Source: a bacterium
Lineage (GTDB): Bacteria; Zhuqueibacterota; Zhuqueibacteria; Oceanimicrobiales; Oceanimicrobiaceae
Direction of reading: 5' to 3'
Assembly (NCBI GenBank): GCA_046757525.1
Contig: JBHHYI010000084.1
Span: forward strand, 1 to 18,537
Length of the DNA stretch: 18,537 bases
The notes below the pieces were generated by a model that was not told the DNA's origin, made no database searches, and saw nothing but the letters and a program-made list of their open reading frames with translations. The translations under genes and the position numbers were made by a program. Positions within the stretch are counted from its first letter, which is position 1, and every line of letters starts with the position of its first letter. This document shows positions 1-8,770 of the stretch, piece by piece.

Positions 1-1
1 G

Positions 2-310
2 CATTTCGGTGAGATTGAAATTCCGCTTGAAGAGGCTGGTGAGATTGGCCGGTTGTCGCGCAAGCTGCCTGCGACTGGTATTATTTTTCGCGAAAACGAC
101 GCGGATTATGATTACGACTGGCATGGCGCGCCGCAGAGACAGTACATCATTCTCTTGGACGGTGAGATTGAAATCGAGGTCAGCGATGGCGAGAAACGAA
201 GATTTTGCGGCGGAGAGATATTGCTGCTTGAGGACACCACTGGCAAAGGGCACAGAACGCGAGTTGCGAACAAGCAGCCACGGCGCTCGATATTCGTAAC
301 CATTGAGTAA
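2..310 (+). CDS. Cupin-domain protein, 5'-truncated by the window edge
   Basis: The frame is open from base 2 (HFGEIEIPLEEAGEIGRLSRKLPATGIIFRE...). Cupin motifs WHGAPQRQYIILLDGEIEIEVSDGE and GEILLLEDTTGKGH are present. TAA at 308-310. Confidence 0.85.
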   Translation, partial: HFGEIEIPLEEAGEIGRLSRKLPATGIIFRENDADYDYDWHGAPQRQYIILLDGEIEIEVSDGEKRRFCGGEILLLEDTTGKGHRTRVANKQPRRSIFVTIE

Positions 311-1153
311 CTAATCGGACAACGACTTTACCCGTACATTTTCAAGGATGATGTCCGAGACTTTTGTGACCTGGCCGGCCTCGAAAAGCCGCCCGTATTC
401 TGCGATGTTTAAATCCCTGGACAAGCCTTTGTAGTTGAAGTAATCAGAGAAGCGAATCCCGCCCACCGTGCGCGGGTTGATGGCCTGGCGGAATCGAGTG
501 CCGCCGCCATCGACGTGAAAGCGATAGGCCAGGTAATCCATGGTGTGGCGACTTTTGTGGATCCAGTAGACGAAGCTGTCTTGATAGTCTTTACCGCCAC
601 CCTCCTGGCGAAAGGTTACCTCGACCTTGTTGTAAGGCTGGCCTTTGATGCTGGCTTCCCCAAGATAACGCTTCTGCACAGCGGGATCATTTAACCCGTA
701 CGGCAGCAAGGCAAAATACACCACTGAGTTGAGCGAGGACGAGAGACTGCTTTTCACTTTTTCAGACAAAGGGATTTTTTCGCCGTTTATTTCCCGATGA
801 AAAGCTTCATTGTTCAGCACATCTTCCACAATTCCTGTTGAATCCCTGAAGATCCTTTTGTAGGTAAACAGTCCGCCGTGGCGTTGCACTGTGTAGTGCT
901 GGTGGCGAAAATCAAATTCGATGACAGAGGAAGTGTATCGAGCACCCCCGTGTGTGGTAATGGCGGCTTCGATGATTGTTTGCGCATTGGGTTTCCTGGT
1001 ACAATCTGAAAGCGAAAAGGTGAGAAGGATGGCACCTATTAAGAGTGCGCTGCCGTGGTATCTTAGCGGGCTAACTCGAAGTTTGGTAAATGATTGGGCA
1101 TACTTGCATTTCGGGGAAGGTTGTGGTGCGAGAGTTGAGTAAAGATTTGCCAT
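311..1153 (-). CDS. DUF6503-like exported protein or lipoprotein (start uncertain)
   Basis: 280-aa ORF. A hydrophobic stretch ends in a Cys (LLIGAILLTFSLSDC). Motifs HGG...FDFR, SLNSVVYFALLPYGLNDPAV, VTFRQEGGGKD and DYLAY...GGGTRFR resemble this FCB-group family. Confidence 0.75.
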   Translation of the reverse strand: MANLYSTLAPQPSPKCKYAQSFTKLRVSPLRYHGSALLIGAILLTFSLSDCTRKPNAQTIIEAAITTHGGARYTSSVIEFDFRHQHYTVQRHGGLFTYKRIFRDSTGIVEDVLNNEAFHREINGEKIPLSEKVKSSLSSSLNSVVYFALLPYGLNDPAVQKRYLGEASIKGQPYNKVEVTFRQEGGGKDYQDSFVYWIHKSRHTMDYLAYRFHVDGGGTRFRQAINPRTVGGIRFSDYFNYKGLSRDLNIAEYGRLFEAGQVTKVSDIILENVRVKSLSD

Positions 1154-1232
1154 TTTGCTTATTTATTTGTATTTTTGGGTGTAGCCATTTTGGAATTAAG
1201 ATTCTTCTTTTTATTTCAAAGAAAGGTCAACG

Positions 1233-2618
1233 ATTAAACAAGCTGACTTCCAACTTCGTTTCATTTGGTGGGGTCTGGGCCTGGCTACTTTTGCAGGCTT
1301 TGCCATCGGTGCCCACGTGGCCTCGGTCATCGGCCTGGAGCTACCTCTCGGCAAGGGATTCTTCAGCTACATTCAGCTCCACGGGCACGTGCAGCTCATC
1401 GGCTGGGCCGGCCTGTTCATCATCGGCATCAGCTTGCATTTTATTCCCCGATTAGCGGGCGTACCCGTTGCTGACCCGGCTGCTCTGCATAGAATTCTCC
1501 GACTGGTGGTCTCAGGTCTCATTTTGCGCTTCGTTAGCCAGGCTTTTCTACCGTACCTGACCGGGAGTGCCTGGTTTCTGCCGATCGGCAGCGTCGTGGT
1601 GTTTTCAGGCGTGCTCGAGTGGGTGGGCATTTTCCTGTACTTGAAGACCCTCCTGCAAACCATGCAGAGTGTGCCAGATCTGGACAAACGTCCCGCGCTG
1701 AAATCGGTGAAGCCGTTCTTCGCGATGATGGTCAGTGGCTGGTTTCTCTACGCCACAATAAACGTACTCTTGCTCTTGAAGATGCTGCTGAGGAAGGAGG
1801 CGGTGCTGAACCTGCCCTGGAATGAATTTGGCGTGCAAGCATTCATCGGTTTGGTTTTGCTGCCGGTGGCCTTTGCCTTTTCCGTGCGTATGTTTCCGCT
1901 CTATTTGCGCTTGCCCATCATCGATTGGTCGGTCGGCCGGGTTGCCGTGGTTTATTTAATTGCGCTCGCATTACAGCTTATTTCAACTTTGCCACCGGTT
2001 TCGAAGCTACAACCACGGTTTGCTTTTTGGATTTTGCAGGTGGGGAGTGTTGTGAAAGGCCTGGTGATCCTTTGGTTCGTGTGGAAACTCGATCTTCTCA
2101 CCCGGCGTCGAGAGCCCTGGACCGTGCACCGGATATTACAACCCCAGGAGGATCGACGTCCCACCCGCGAAGGCCTGCCCGATTACGGGGAATTCGGTCG
2201 CTTTGAGCGCCTGGTTTATGCGGCCTATGCCTGGCTGGTTTTCGGTGCGCTGATTGAAGTGCTCCTTGGTGTCACCGCGCTCATCGGCTGGACGCTTCCC
2301 ATCAGCAGCGACGCCGTGCGGCACATTTACTTGCTGGGATTCATTACGCATTTGATCCTGGGGATGGCCGTGCGAATGATTCCAGGATTTATTAAAAAGA
2401 AAGAAGTGGCCGTTCCCGGGCTGGTCAACGCTTCGTTTTGGTTGGCTACGGTGGCAGTCTTCAGTCGGGTAGCGTCGCTGGTCACCCCAGTGGCTTTGCT
2501 GCAGCGCATTCCTGAGGGTAGTGTTGTTCTGCAAACTGCTTTTGCCTTCTCAGGTGTTTTTGGCATTGCCGCGGTGGCCTGCCTGGCCACGAATCTGGTT
2601 AAGACGGCGAAGCTGTAA
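1233..2618 (+). CDS. NnrS-like multi-pass membrane protein (track start 1317; probable start ATT at 1233)
   Basis: Many transmembrane segments. His motifs QLHGHVQLIGWAGLFIIGISLHFIPR and DAVRHIYLLGFITHLILGMAVRMIP fit the NnrS family. The frame stays open upstream of 1317 through a further hydrophobic helix to ATT 1233, which follows GAAAGG. Confidence 0.75.
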   Translation: MKQADFQLRFIWWGLGLATFAGFAIGAHVASVIGLELPLGKGFFSYIQLHGHVQLIGWAGLFIIGISLHFIPRLAGVPVADPAALHRILRLVVSGLILRFVSQAFLPYLTGSAWFLPIGSVVVFSGVLEWVGIFLYLKTLLQTMQSVPDLDKRPALKSVKPFFAMMVSGWFLYATINVLLLLKMLLRKEAVLNLPWNEFGVQAFIGLVLLPVAFAFSVRMFPLYLRLPIIDWSVGRVAVVYLIALALQLISTLPPVSKLQPRFAFWILQVGSVVKGLVILWFVWKLDLLTRRREPWTVHRILQPQEDRRPTREGLPDYGEFGRFERLVYAAYAWLVFGALIEVLLGVTALIGWTLPISSDAVRHIYLLGFITHLILGMAVRMIPGFIKKKEVAVPGLVNASFWLATVAVFSRVASLVTPVALLQRIPEGSVVLQTAFAFSGVFGIAAVACLATNLVKTAKL

Positions 2619-2695
2619 AGTCTGGCAGCAGAAGCATGGGTAATTTCGCCAAACTGCGAAACCTGGTTCTTGAACCTGAATGTTATTTTTCAATA

Positions 2696-2852
2696 CCTCA
2701 CCCGGCGTTCGCCGGATTCGGAATGACGGTTGTCGTCAGAGACAACCATGGCAGTCGTCCCGAGTGTCCCGACGGTTTTTTGCCGGGACGCATCGAAGCC
2801 CGCCACCCCTCGATAAGGTCACTCGAGAAACAGGGGCCTACTCGGGACGACT
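2696..2852. repeat. Palindromic REP/MITE-like element(s) between convergent genes
   Basis: Perfect 13-bp inverted repeat AGTCGTCCCGAGT (2753-2765) / ACTCGGGACGACT (2840-2852) with inner stems. Upstream are hairpins CCGGC-gttc-GCCGG followed by GGAATGAC, and GGTTGTC-N6-GACAACC (2728-2747). Confidence 0.7.
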
Positions 2853-2923
2853 CGCAGATTGTTTCTAAGAAACGCTTTGGTCGTTTCTTTCGTGTAAAAG
2901 CAGGCAAAGCGTGCACAGTTCTT

Positions 2924-3673
2924 TTAGTCAACGCTTGTGCTGTGTAACGCATGCTTGTTGAGTTGTTTGTTCAACTGCTTTGCGTTGCGGCACACTTTGC
3001 CGAGAAGTCGCCAAAATTCGGGACCGTGGTTTTTTATTTTGGTGTGCACCAGTTCGTGCAGGAGGACGTAATCGACCAGCTCGTCGGGCAGCCGCATCAA
3101 ATTTAGATTCAGGTTGATGTTGTTCTTAGCTGAGCAGCTTCCCCAGCGCGATTTATGGTTTTTGATGAACACCCGGTTGTACTTAAAGCCATGTTTGTTG
3201 GCCAAATATTCCAGCTTTTTGGGCAAGTAGTTTTTGGCCTCTATTCGATAGGCCTCGGTGAGAGCTGTTCGAATGGCTTCCTGGATCGGCCTGTCGGTGA
3301 GCCTGAATTTCTGCGGGTACCGGACGGCGACCACGCCGTTGCCGATTTGGATCGTGACCTTCTTTGCCGGGGCTGCCTTGACCTCTAATCTATGATGCCG
3401 CGTCGCGACAGTCTGAGAACCATCGTAAATGATGGCTTTTTTCTCCAGGGCCTGAATGCGCTTCAGGTGCTTTGCAATCCAGCCAACCCTGGCGCGAACT
3501 ATTTTCTCCGCCTGTTCAAAACTCATGCTTCTGGGAACGGAGACGCGCACCCCGCGGTAAGGGCTGATTCTGATATTGAGATGTTGCGCGCGAGCGCTTC
3601 TGGTCAGCAGAACTGAACCGACAGGGTCCACGGTAATGGTTGTTGAAACGGGAGCTTTGTTTTTGAATTTCAT
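2924..3673 (-). CDS. YgjP/DUF45-family M48/SprT-like zinc metallohydrolase
   Basis: Motifs KSRWGSCS, NINLNLNLMRLP and DYVLLHELVH (HExxH) followed by NHGPEFW. ATG at 3673 is preferred over the TTG at 3682. Confidence 0.9.
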   Translation of the reverse strand: MKFKNKAPVSTTITVDPVGSVLLTRSARAQHLNIRISPYRGVRVSVPRSMSFEQAEKIVRARVGWIAKHLKRIQALEKKAIIYDGSQTVATRHHRLEVKAAPAKKVTIQIGNGVVAVRYPQKFRLTDRPIQEAIRTALTEAYRIEAKNYLPKKLEYLANKHGFKYNRVFIKNHKSRWGSCSAKNNINLNLNLMRLPDELVDYVLLHELVHTKIKNHGPEFWRLLGKVCRNAKQLNKQLNKHALHSTSVD

Positions 3674-3767
3674 ACATTCCAATAAAAATAAAAATCAGCA
3701 AAAGCTCAACAGGAAATTACCTTTTTCAAAAGAAATCACTGGCTTTCAAATAGCGAGCAGTAATAGG

Positions 3768-3821
3768 TTGAAAAACAATGAAAAATATCGTATGTTTGAA
3801 AAAAGAATTCTGTTTTTTCAA
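3768..3821 (+). promoter_or_regulatory. Sigma70-type promoter for the TPR histidine kinase, with an adjacent operator-like inverted repeat
   Basis: TTGAAA (3768-3773), 17 nt, TATGTT (3791-3796). Directly downstream is TTGAAAAAA-N8-TTTTTTCAA (3796-3821). Confidence 0.5.
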
Positions 3822-3926
3822 GCCACAAAATTGAAATATTGGGCGGTGCAGAAACAGTTTAATAGGTAAACATCTCTTTTTATTTTTACAAAATAGTCCC
3901 AAATGTTTTAGGATCGTTTCTGAAAG

Positions 3927-5867
3927 GTGTCCGGTTCGGATAAATCCATGAATCCCAGGGTGCGAGAATTAGAAAAGCAGCTCCATTCGGCGTCAGGGGA
4001 CACCACCAGGCGAGTGGATATCCTCAACGCTCTTTTTTGGGAGATTTGGCCCATAGATCCAAAACGCGGAGCGCAATACGCCACCGAAGGGCTGGAATTG
4101 GCGCAAAAAATCGCGTATGCCAAAGGGTTGGCTTTTGCCAAGTGTAACCTGGGCATCGTGTGTTATTCTCGGGCCCAAATAGAGCAGGCCACCACGAATC
4201 TTCTGGATGCGCTACAATGGTTTGAAGAAAACGCCGAACCGGAGGGGCAGGCCAACGCGAACCACGGTCTGGCCTTTTTGTACTGGGGATTCGGAGATTT
4301 TCAACGCGGCTTTGATTCCATCTTCAAAACCGTCAACCTGTACGAGCAACTCAATGATTGCGACGGCAAGGCCTGGGCGTTCAACACTCTGGGCGGATTC
4401 TACTACGATTGGAAGGATTTTCGGCAATCGCGGGAATATTATAGGAAAGCCCGCGGCATATTTAAAGATACTCAGAACCGGACCGGCGAGGCGCGTGCCC
4501 TCAATGGCCTTGGCAACGCCTATCATTTTCTGGGCGAGGAGAACAAAGCTCTGGCTTACCAGAGAAAAAGTCTGAAAATCTATCAATCGCTTGGAAACAT
4601 TTTGGGGGCCTCCAGAACCTTGAACGATATGGGGTTTATCTATCAAAGCCTGGAACAATATGAGAAGGCGTTAGAATATCACAATAAAAGTCTTGAAATA
4701 CGCCAGGGAATAGGCTATCCCCAGGGAGAGGCCAGTTGTTTGTTAGATATTGGCAATGTCTACCTCAAAGAGAACAAACTCCAGGCGGCACTGGAAGTCT
4801 TCCAAGAAGCGTTGCTGCTTTCCGAAAAGATCAAAGCGAAATTAAAAACATGTCAGGCGCACCTTGCACTTTACCAGATTTACAAGCAATTGGGTCAGCC
4901 CGAGAAAGCCCTGGAACATCATGAACAGTTCCACACAATCGATGAAGAGGTCTATCACGAAGATAACGAACAGAAACTGCAGAATCTTAAAGCTGCCTAT
5001 AGTGTGGAAACCTCGAAGAAGGAAGCTGAGATTTACCGTCTGAAGAATGTGGAACTAAAGACCAAAAACGAAGAGCTGCAGCAGACCCTTAAGAAACTGC
5101 ACGCCATGCAGGCGCAACTGATTCAATCGGGCAAAATGGTTGCTTTGGGACAACTGGTTGCTGGAATCGCTCATGAGATTAACACGCCTGTGGGGGCGAT
5201 CAAAAGCGCCGCAGATGTGGTTGACCGCGTCAACGTGAAATTGCAACAAATGCTGGATGCCGACGAGACCTTGATTGAGGTGAAGCACAACAAACACTTG
5301 GCTTCCGTCTTCGACATTCTCCAGCAAAACTCTGAAATCACAGTAGCCGGGGCCAACCGCATTTTGAGAATAATCGACAGCTTGAAGAACTTTTCGCGAC
5401 TGGATGAGGCGGATTTCCAAAAAGTCGACATCCACCAGGGCCTGGAAAGTACCATGACCCTTATCGAGCACGGGCTGAAAAATGGAATTCGCATAATAAG
5501 GGAATATGGTGATGTTCCGGAAATTTATTCCTATCCCAGTGAACTGAATCAGGTGTTTATGAATCTGCTCATGAACGGAATTCAAGCTATGGATGGCCAG
5601 GGTACGCTCACCATCAGGACCTATTGTGCTGACAGACGCGTTTACATTGAGTTTTCAGACACCGGCAAAGGCATTCCCCAGGAAAAAATCGAAGGGCTGT
5701 TTGAGCCGGGTTTTACCGAGAAACAATCGCAGGTGCGCATGCGCACGGGACTCTATACTTCTTATAGTATCATCTTGAAGCACAAGGGGGACATCAAGGT
5801 AGAGAGCGAATTAGGCAAGGGGACCACTTTCACCATTTCGATTCCCGAGAATCTCAACGAAGCTTGA
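3927..5867 (+). CDS. TPR-repeat sensor histidine kinase (soluble, orphan); alternative start ATG 3948
   Basis: N-terminal TPR array (e.g. GEARALNGLGNAYHFLGE, GASRTLNDMGFIYQSLEQYEKALEYH) and a coiled coil. H-box AHEINTP, N-box ELNQVFMNLLMNGIQAM, G1 DTGKGI, F-box FEPGFT, C-terminal GKGTTFTI. Confidence 0.93.
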   Translation: MSGSDKSMNPRVRELEKQLHSASGDTTRRVDILNALFWEIWPIDPKRGAQYATEGLELAQKIAYAKGLAFAKCNLGIVCYSRAQIEQATTNLLDALQWFEENAEPEGQANANHGLAFLYWGFGDFQRGFDSIFKTVNLYEQLNDCDGKAWAFNTLGGFYYDWKDFRQSREYYRKARGIFKDTQNRTGEARALNGLGNAYHFLGEENKALAYQRKSLKIYQSLGNILGASRTLNDMGFIYQSLEQYEKALEYHNKSLEIRQGIGYPQGEASCLLDIGNVYLKENKLQAALEVFQEALLLSEKIKAKLKTCQAHLALYQIYKQLGQPEKALEHHEQFHTIDEEVYHEDNEQKLQNLKAAYSVETSKKEAEIYRLKNVELKTKNEELQQTLKKLHAMQAQLIQSGKMVALGQLVAGIAHEINTPVGAIKSAADVVDRVNVKLQQMLDADETLIEVKHNKHLASVFDILQQNSEITVAGANRILRIIDSLKNFSRLDEADFQKVDIHQGLESTMTLIEHGLKNGIRIIREYGDVPEIYSYPSELNQVFMNLLMNGIQAMDGQGTLTIRTYCADRRVYIEFSDTGKGIPQEKIEGLFEPGFTEKQSQVRMRTGLYTSYSIILKHKGDIKVESELGKGTTFTISIPENLNEA

Positions 5868-5888
5868 CGCTTTGAAGCCTGCCCTCTC

Positions 5889-6380
5889 TCAAGCCACAAA
5901 CCGGTTGAGGTCGCGGTTCTTCCTTACCTTGTCAGGGTCAAAGATGCGTCCATTCATGGCAATGTAGACCCCTGGTGGCAGGCATTGCACCGCAGCAATG
6001 GCAAAGCCAACGTTGAATTCGGCATCGCTGGACTTGAATCTGGCCGGCTGCATGGACCCTGTGAGCACGATTACCTTGTTGGCGATGGATTTGAGTCTCT
6101 TGGCGGTTTGGATCATGGTATCGGTGCCATGGGTCAACACGATGTGACGATGGGTATCGGAATTCACTTTGTCAAAAACCAGTTGCCGGTCAGCCTCGGT
6201 CATATCGAGGCTATCCTTGGACAAGATTGATTCGCACTCGTACTCAAAACTCACATTGGCTGCCCGCAATATTTCCCCGACCAGAGACTCTCCGACAAAA
6301 TAGGTGCTCTTTTCATCGAAGTAAACTTTGTCGATGGTGCCCCCAACGGTAAGAATCTTAATCCGGATTTTGCTGTCCAT
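5889..6380 (-). CDS. Short-chain L-asparaginase (N-terminal catalytic domain only)
   Basis: Asparaginase motifs TVGGTI, HGTDTM, VLTGSMQP and SDAEFN in a 163-aa protein. Confidence 0.9.
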   Translation of the reverse strand: MDSKIRIKILTVGGTIDKVYFDEKSTYFVGESLVGEILRAANVSFEYECESILSKDSLDMTEADRQLVFDKVNSDTHRHIVLTHGTDTMIQTAKRLKSIANKVIVLTGSMQPARFKSSDAEFNVGFAIAAVQCLPPGVYIAMNGRIFDPDKVRKNRDLNRFVA

Positions 6381-6440
6381 TTATTGCCAGAAACTCATCT
6401 TGACCGAAGTCGGAAGGTGAATTTCTTCCTTAGAGCCCCC

Positions 6441-6464
6441 GCAATCCGGCAGCCGCCGGATTGC
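6441..6464. terminator. GC-rich hairpin (possible terminator or REP unit)
   Basis: Perfect 10-bp stem GCAATCCGGC-agcc-GCCGGATTGC, followed on the plus strand by TTT. Confidence 0.4.
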
Positions 6465-6487
6465 TTTAAATATCGGAAACGCCAAAG

Positions 6488-6577
6488 GCAGCCCTGTCAT
6501 GCTGAAAGCATCTTGTTACTGGTCAGCACTGTGCAGCCAGCTAACAAGATTCCTACGGAATGACAGCCGGGGGCTGC
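6488..6577. repeat. Palindromic REP/MITE-like element (TGTCAT...GGAATGACA type)
   Basis: Nested inverted repeats GCAGCCC/GGGCTGC, CTGTCAT/ATGACAG and ATCTTGTTA/TAACAAGAT. The right end GATTCC...GGAATGACA resembles the ends near 2720 and 15985. Confidence 0.7.
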
Positions 6578-6669
6578 AGTAAAGGACGGCGACAACAGAG
6601 CGTTTCCTAAAAGAACTTCGCGGAGTCTGGGCGTGTGGCCGGTCCCTGTTTGGTTTTGGCTGGCCCGGG

Positions 6670-8541
6670 TCAGGTTTCCAGCACGAGATTAAACACCGAC
6701 GAATCTATTTCAATCATGTCTCGCACTTTTTCGTGTAGCGAAATGTGTATGCGGTCGCCGTAGCGGGAAAGCCGTTTCAACAGCAGATTGAAATTCTTGA
6801 GCTGCGTTTCCTGGAACTCCTCAACGTGCAACGTTATGGACGAAGTGGTGTCCTCCAGAAGCTTTTCAAGATGATTGGCCGCACGTACAAAAAACTCACG
6901 ATCCAGCAAGCCAGTGAAGGAAATCGACAGATTGGCGGCTGCATTTTTTACCTGGTTTAGCGAAACCTCTAAATCGCCCAGATGGAGATAGCGCTGAAAG
7001 GCGGTCTCAATGAGCTGCAGGTAGGACTGGACGAGGTTGTTGACGGTCTCATGCTCTCTCACAAAATGGCGGTCGACGTAATCGCGCATTGACAAACCGA
7101 CAATCCAGTCTTGCAGCACCAGAGGAATCAATCTTGGTGCTGAAAATGGGATGGAGCGCAGGAAATGAAACACGCGCGAAAATCCGCCGGGCAGGAGTCC
7201 GTACCGCAGGAATTTGTACAGAATGCTCAATTGTTCGCGCCGCGTATAGTCGCCCTGATACAGCGGATGGGTAAGATATCGGATCTTGTTCTTAATGCGA
7301 TCAGCAATGTTGCGCGGGCTCAACAGACGATAATGGAGCTCACAGTAGCCGTCAATCATTTCGGTGTAGCCCAGTTGTTTGGGGATGACATTTGTGCTGA
7401 GTTTGGTGTTGTCCGAATTGTTGGCCTCGTGAATAAGTCGTCCTTCTTTGTGCAAGCGTTCATAAAGGGGTGTTTTGGGGGCAGCGGTGAGCAAGCCGAT
7501 CATGGCTGCCTGAATGCCTGACTGCATGATGAACTGGTATTGCTTGTCGAATGTGGCCCTGGTGTCGTTGTCAAAACCGATGATGAAGCCCGCGAGGACT
7601 TCGATGCCGTAAGAATAAATCTTGCGCACCGAAGCAAGGATGTCCTGACGCATATTTTGGAATTTCTTGGTTTCCTTTAGACTCTCTTCTTCTGGTGACT
7701 CGATGCCGACGAAGACCCATTCAAAATTGGCTTGCTTGAGGTTCTCCAGCAATTCGTCATCCTGGGCCAGGTTCAGGGAGGCCTCGGTGCCAAAATGGAA
7801 CGGGTAGTCATGTTTGATTTGATAATCCTTCAGGTACAGGAGCAATTCGTTCGCCAGATGTTTGTTGCCAATTAAATTGTCATCGACGAAAAACGCGTTG
7901 GTCACCTTGAGCTTTCTGAGCAAGTCCAATTCCCGGCCCACCTGCTCCGGTGCCTTGGTGCGCGGTTTGCGTCCAAACATCACGATGATGTCGCAAAATT
8001 CGCAGCGAAAGGGACATCCTCTGGAGAACTGCAAACTGACGGCACGGTACTTGTCCAGCTTTAACAGGTCGAAACGTGGTGTGGGAGAATCGGTAATGGC
8101 AACCTCCCCAGTTTCCTGGTACAATTTTCTCAACCGGCCATTTTCGAAATCCTGGCAAAACTCCGACCAGATGTATTCGGCCTCGCCCGCTACCACCGTG
8201 TCTGCTAATGCCTCATAGTCCTCTGGACACAGGGATGCGTAACTCCCGCCTGCCACCACAAAATAGCCTTGCTTCTTGTAAAAGGAGAGCAATTCTTTCT
8301 GACGTTTGAATTGCACCCCCATGCCGCAAATCCCGATGATGTCGGCCTGTGGTCGTAAAGGAATGGATTCGATATTCTCATCGACAATTTCTACGTCCCA
8401 CTCGTTTGGAGACAGTGCGGCCAGAGTCGCCAATCCCAGCGGCGGATTCAAGGTGCGCTTTTTCGGCAAAAGGGTGTCCATAGCCCATTTAAAACTCCAG
8501 AAGCTCTCGGGAAACCTGGGGTTGATCAGCAGTAATCGCAT
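6670..8541 (-). CDS. Cobalamin-binding radical SAM protein (HpnP-like/DUF4070 architecture) with a C-terminal extension
   Basis: N-terminal B12-binding region (PPLGLATLAAL, VVAGGSYAS, VVAGEAE). CxxxCxxC in SRGCPFRCEFC, plus FFVDDN, VFVGIES, GFIIGFDND and PKTPLYERL. SD AAGGAG upstream. Confidence 0.92.
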   Translation of the reverse strand: MRLLLINPRFPESFWSFKWAMDTLLPKKRTLNPPLGLATLAALSPNEWDVEIVDENIESIPLRPQADIIGICGMGVQFKRQKELLSFYKKQGYFVVAGGSYASLCPEDYEALADTVVAGEAEYIWSEFCQDFENGRLRKLYQETGEVAITDSPTPRFDLLKLDKYRAVSLQFSRGCPFRCEFCDIIVMFGRKPRTKAPEQVGRELDLLRKLKVTNAFFVDDNLIGNKHLANELLLYLKDYQIKHDYPFHFGTEASLNLAQDDELLENLKQANFEWVFVGIESPEEESLKETKKFQNMRQDILASVRKIYSYGIEVLAGFIIGFDNDTRATFDKQYQFIMQSGIQAAMIGLLTAAPKTPLYERLHKEGRLIHEANNSDNTKLSTNVIPKQLGYTEMIDGYCELHYRLLSPRNIADRIKNKIRYLTHPLYQGDYTRREQLSILYKFLRYGLLPGGFSRVFHFLRSIPFSAPRLIPLVLQDWIVGLSMRDYVDRHFVREHETVNNLVQSYLQLIETAFQRYLHLGDLEVSLNQVKNAAANLSISFTGLLDREFFVRAANHLEKLLEDTTSSITLHVEEFQETQLKNFNLLLKRLSRYGDRIHISLHEKVRDMIEIDSSVFNLVLET

Positions 8542-8657
8542 GGGGTATTCTCCTTAGATTAATGGTGGCAATTAGGTAGCAGGTTGTTGCAGAGGTAGCA
8601 TAGCTCCGGAGTTTACCACAGACCTGTCTACTTCATAAAACATTTAATATAGGAATT

Positions 8658-8710
8658 TTATTTGCAATGGCAAATAATAATTTGGAATTGTAAAATCTAT
8701 TTCTTATTTT
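8658..8710 (+). promoter_or_regulatory. Operator-like palindrome and candidate promoter in the divergent radical SAM / PPIase gap
   Basis: TTATTTGC-aatg-GCAAATAA (8658-8677). TTGGAA (8682-8687), 17 nt, TATTTT (8705-8710). Confidence 0.4.
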
Positions 8711-8770
8711 GCCACTTAAATTTATTCAAAAAGGCATGCTAAATAATGCGAAGTATGAAAGGAGAGGAGC

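Noticed and set aside
1154..1232. FNR/NnrR box upstream of the NnrS-like gene
   Set aside because: No TTGAT-N4-ATCAA-like palindrome is visible.
2636..2952. Three overlapping short ORFs in the convergent gap
   Set aside because: They coincide with GC-rich palindromic repeats, which keep frames open by chance, and show no recognisable motifs.
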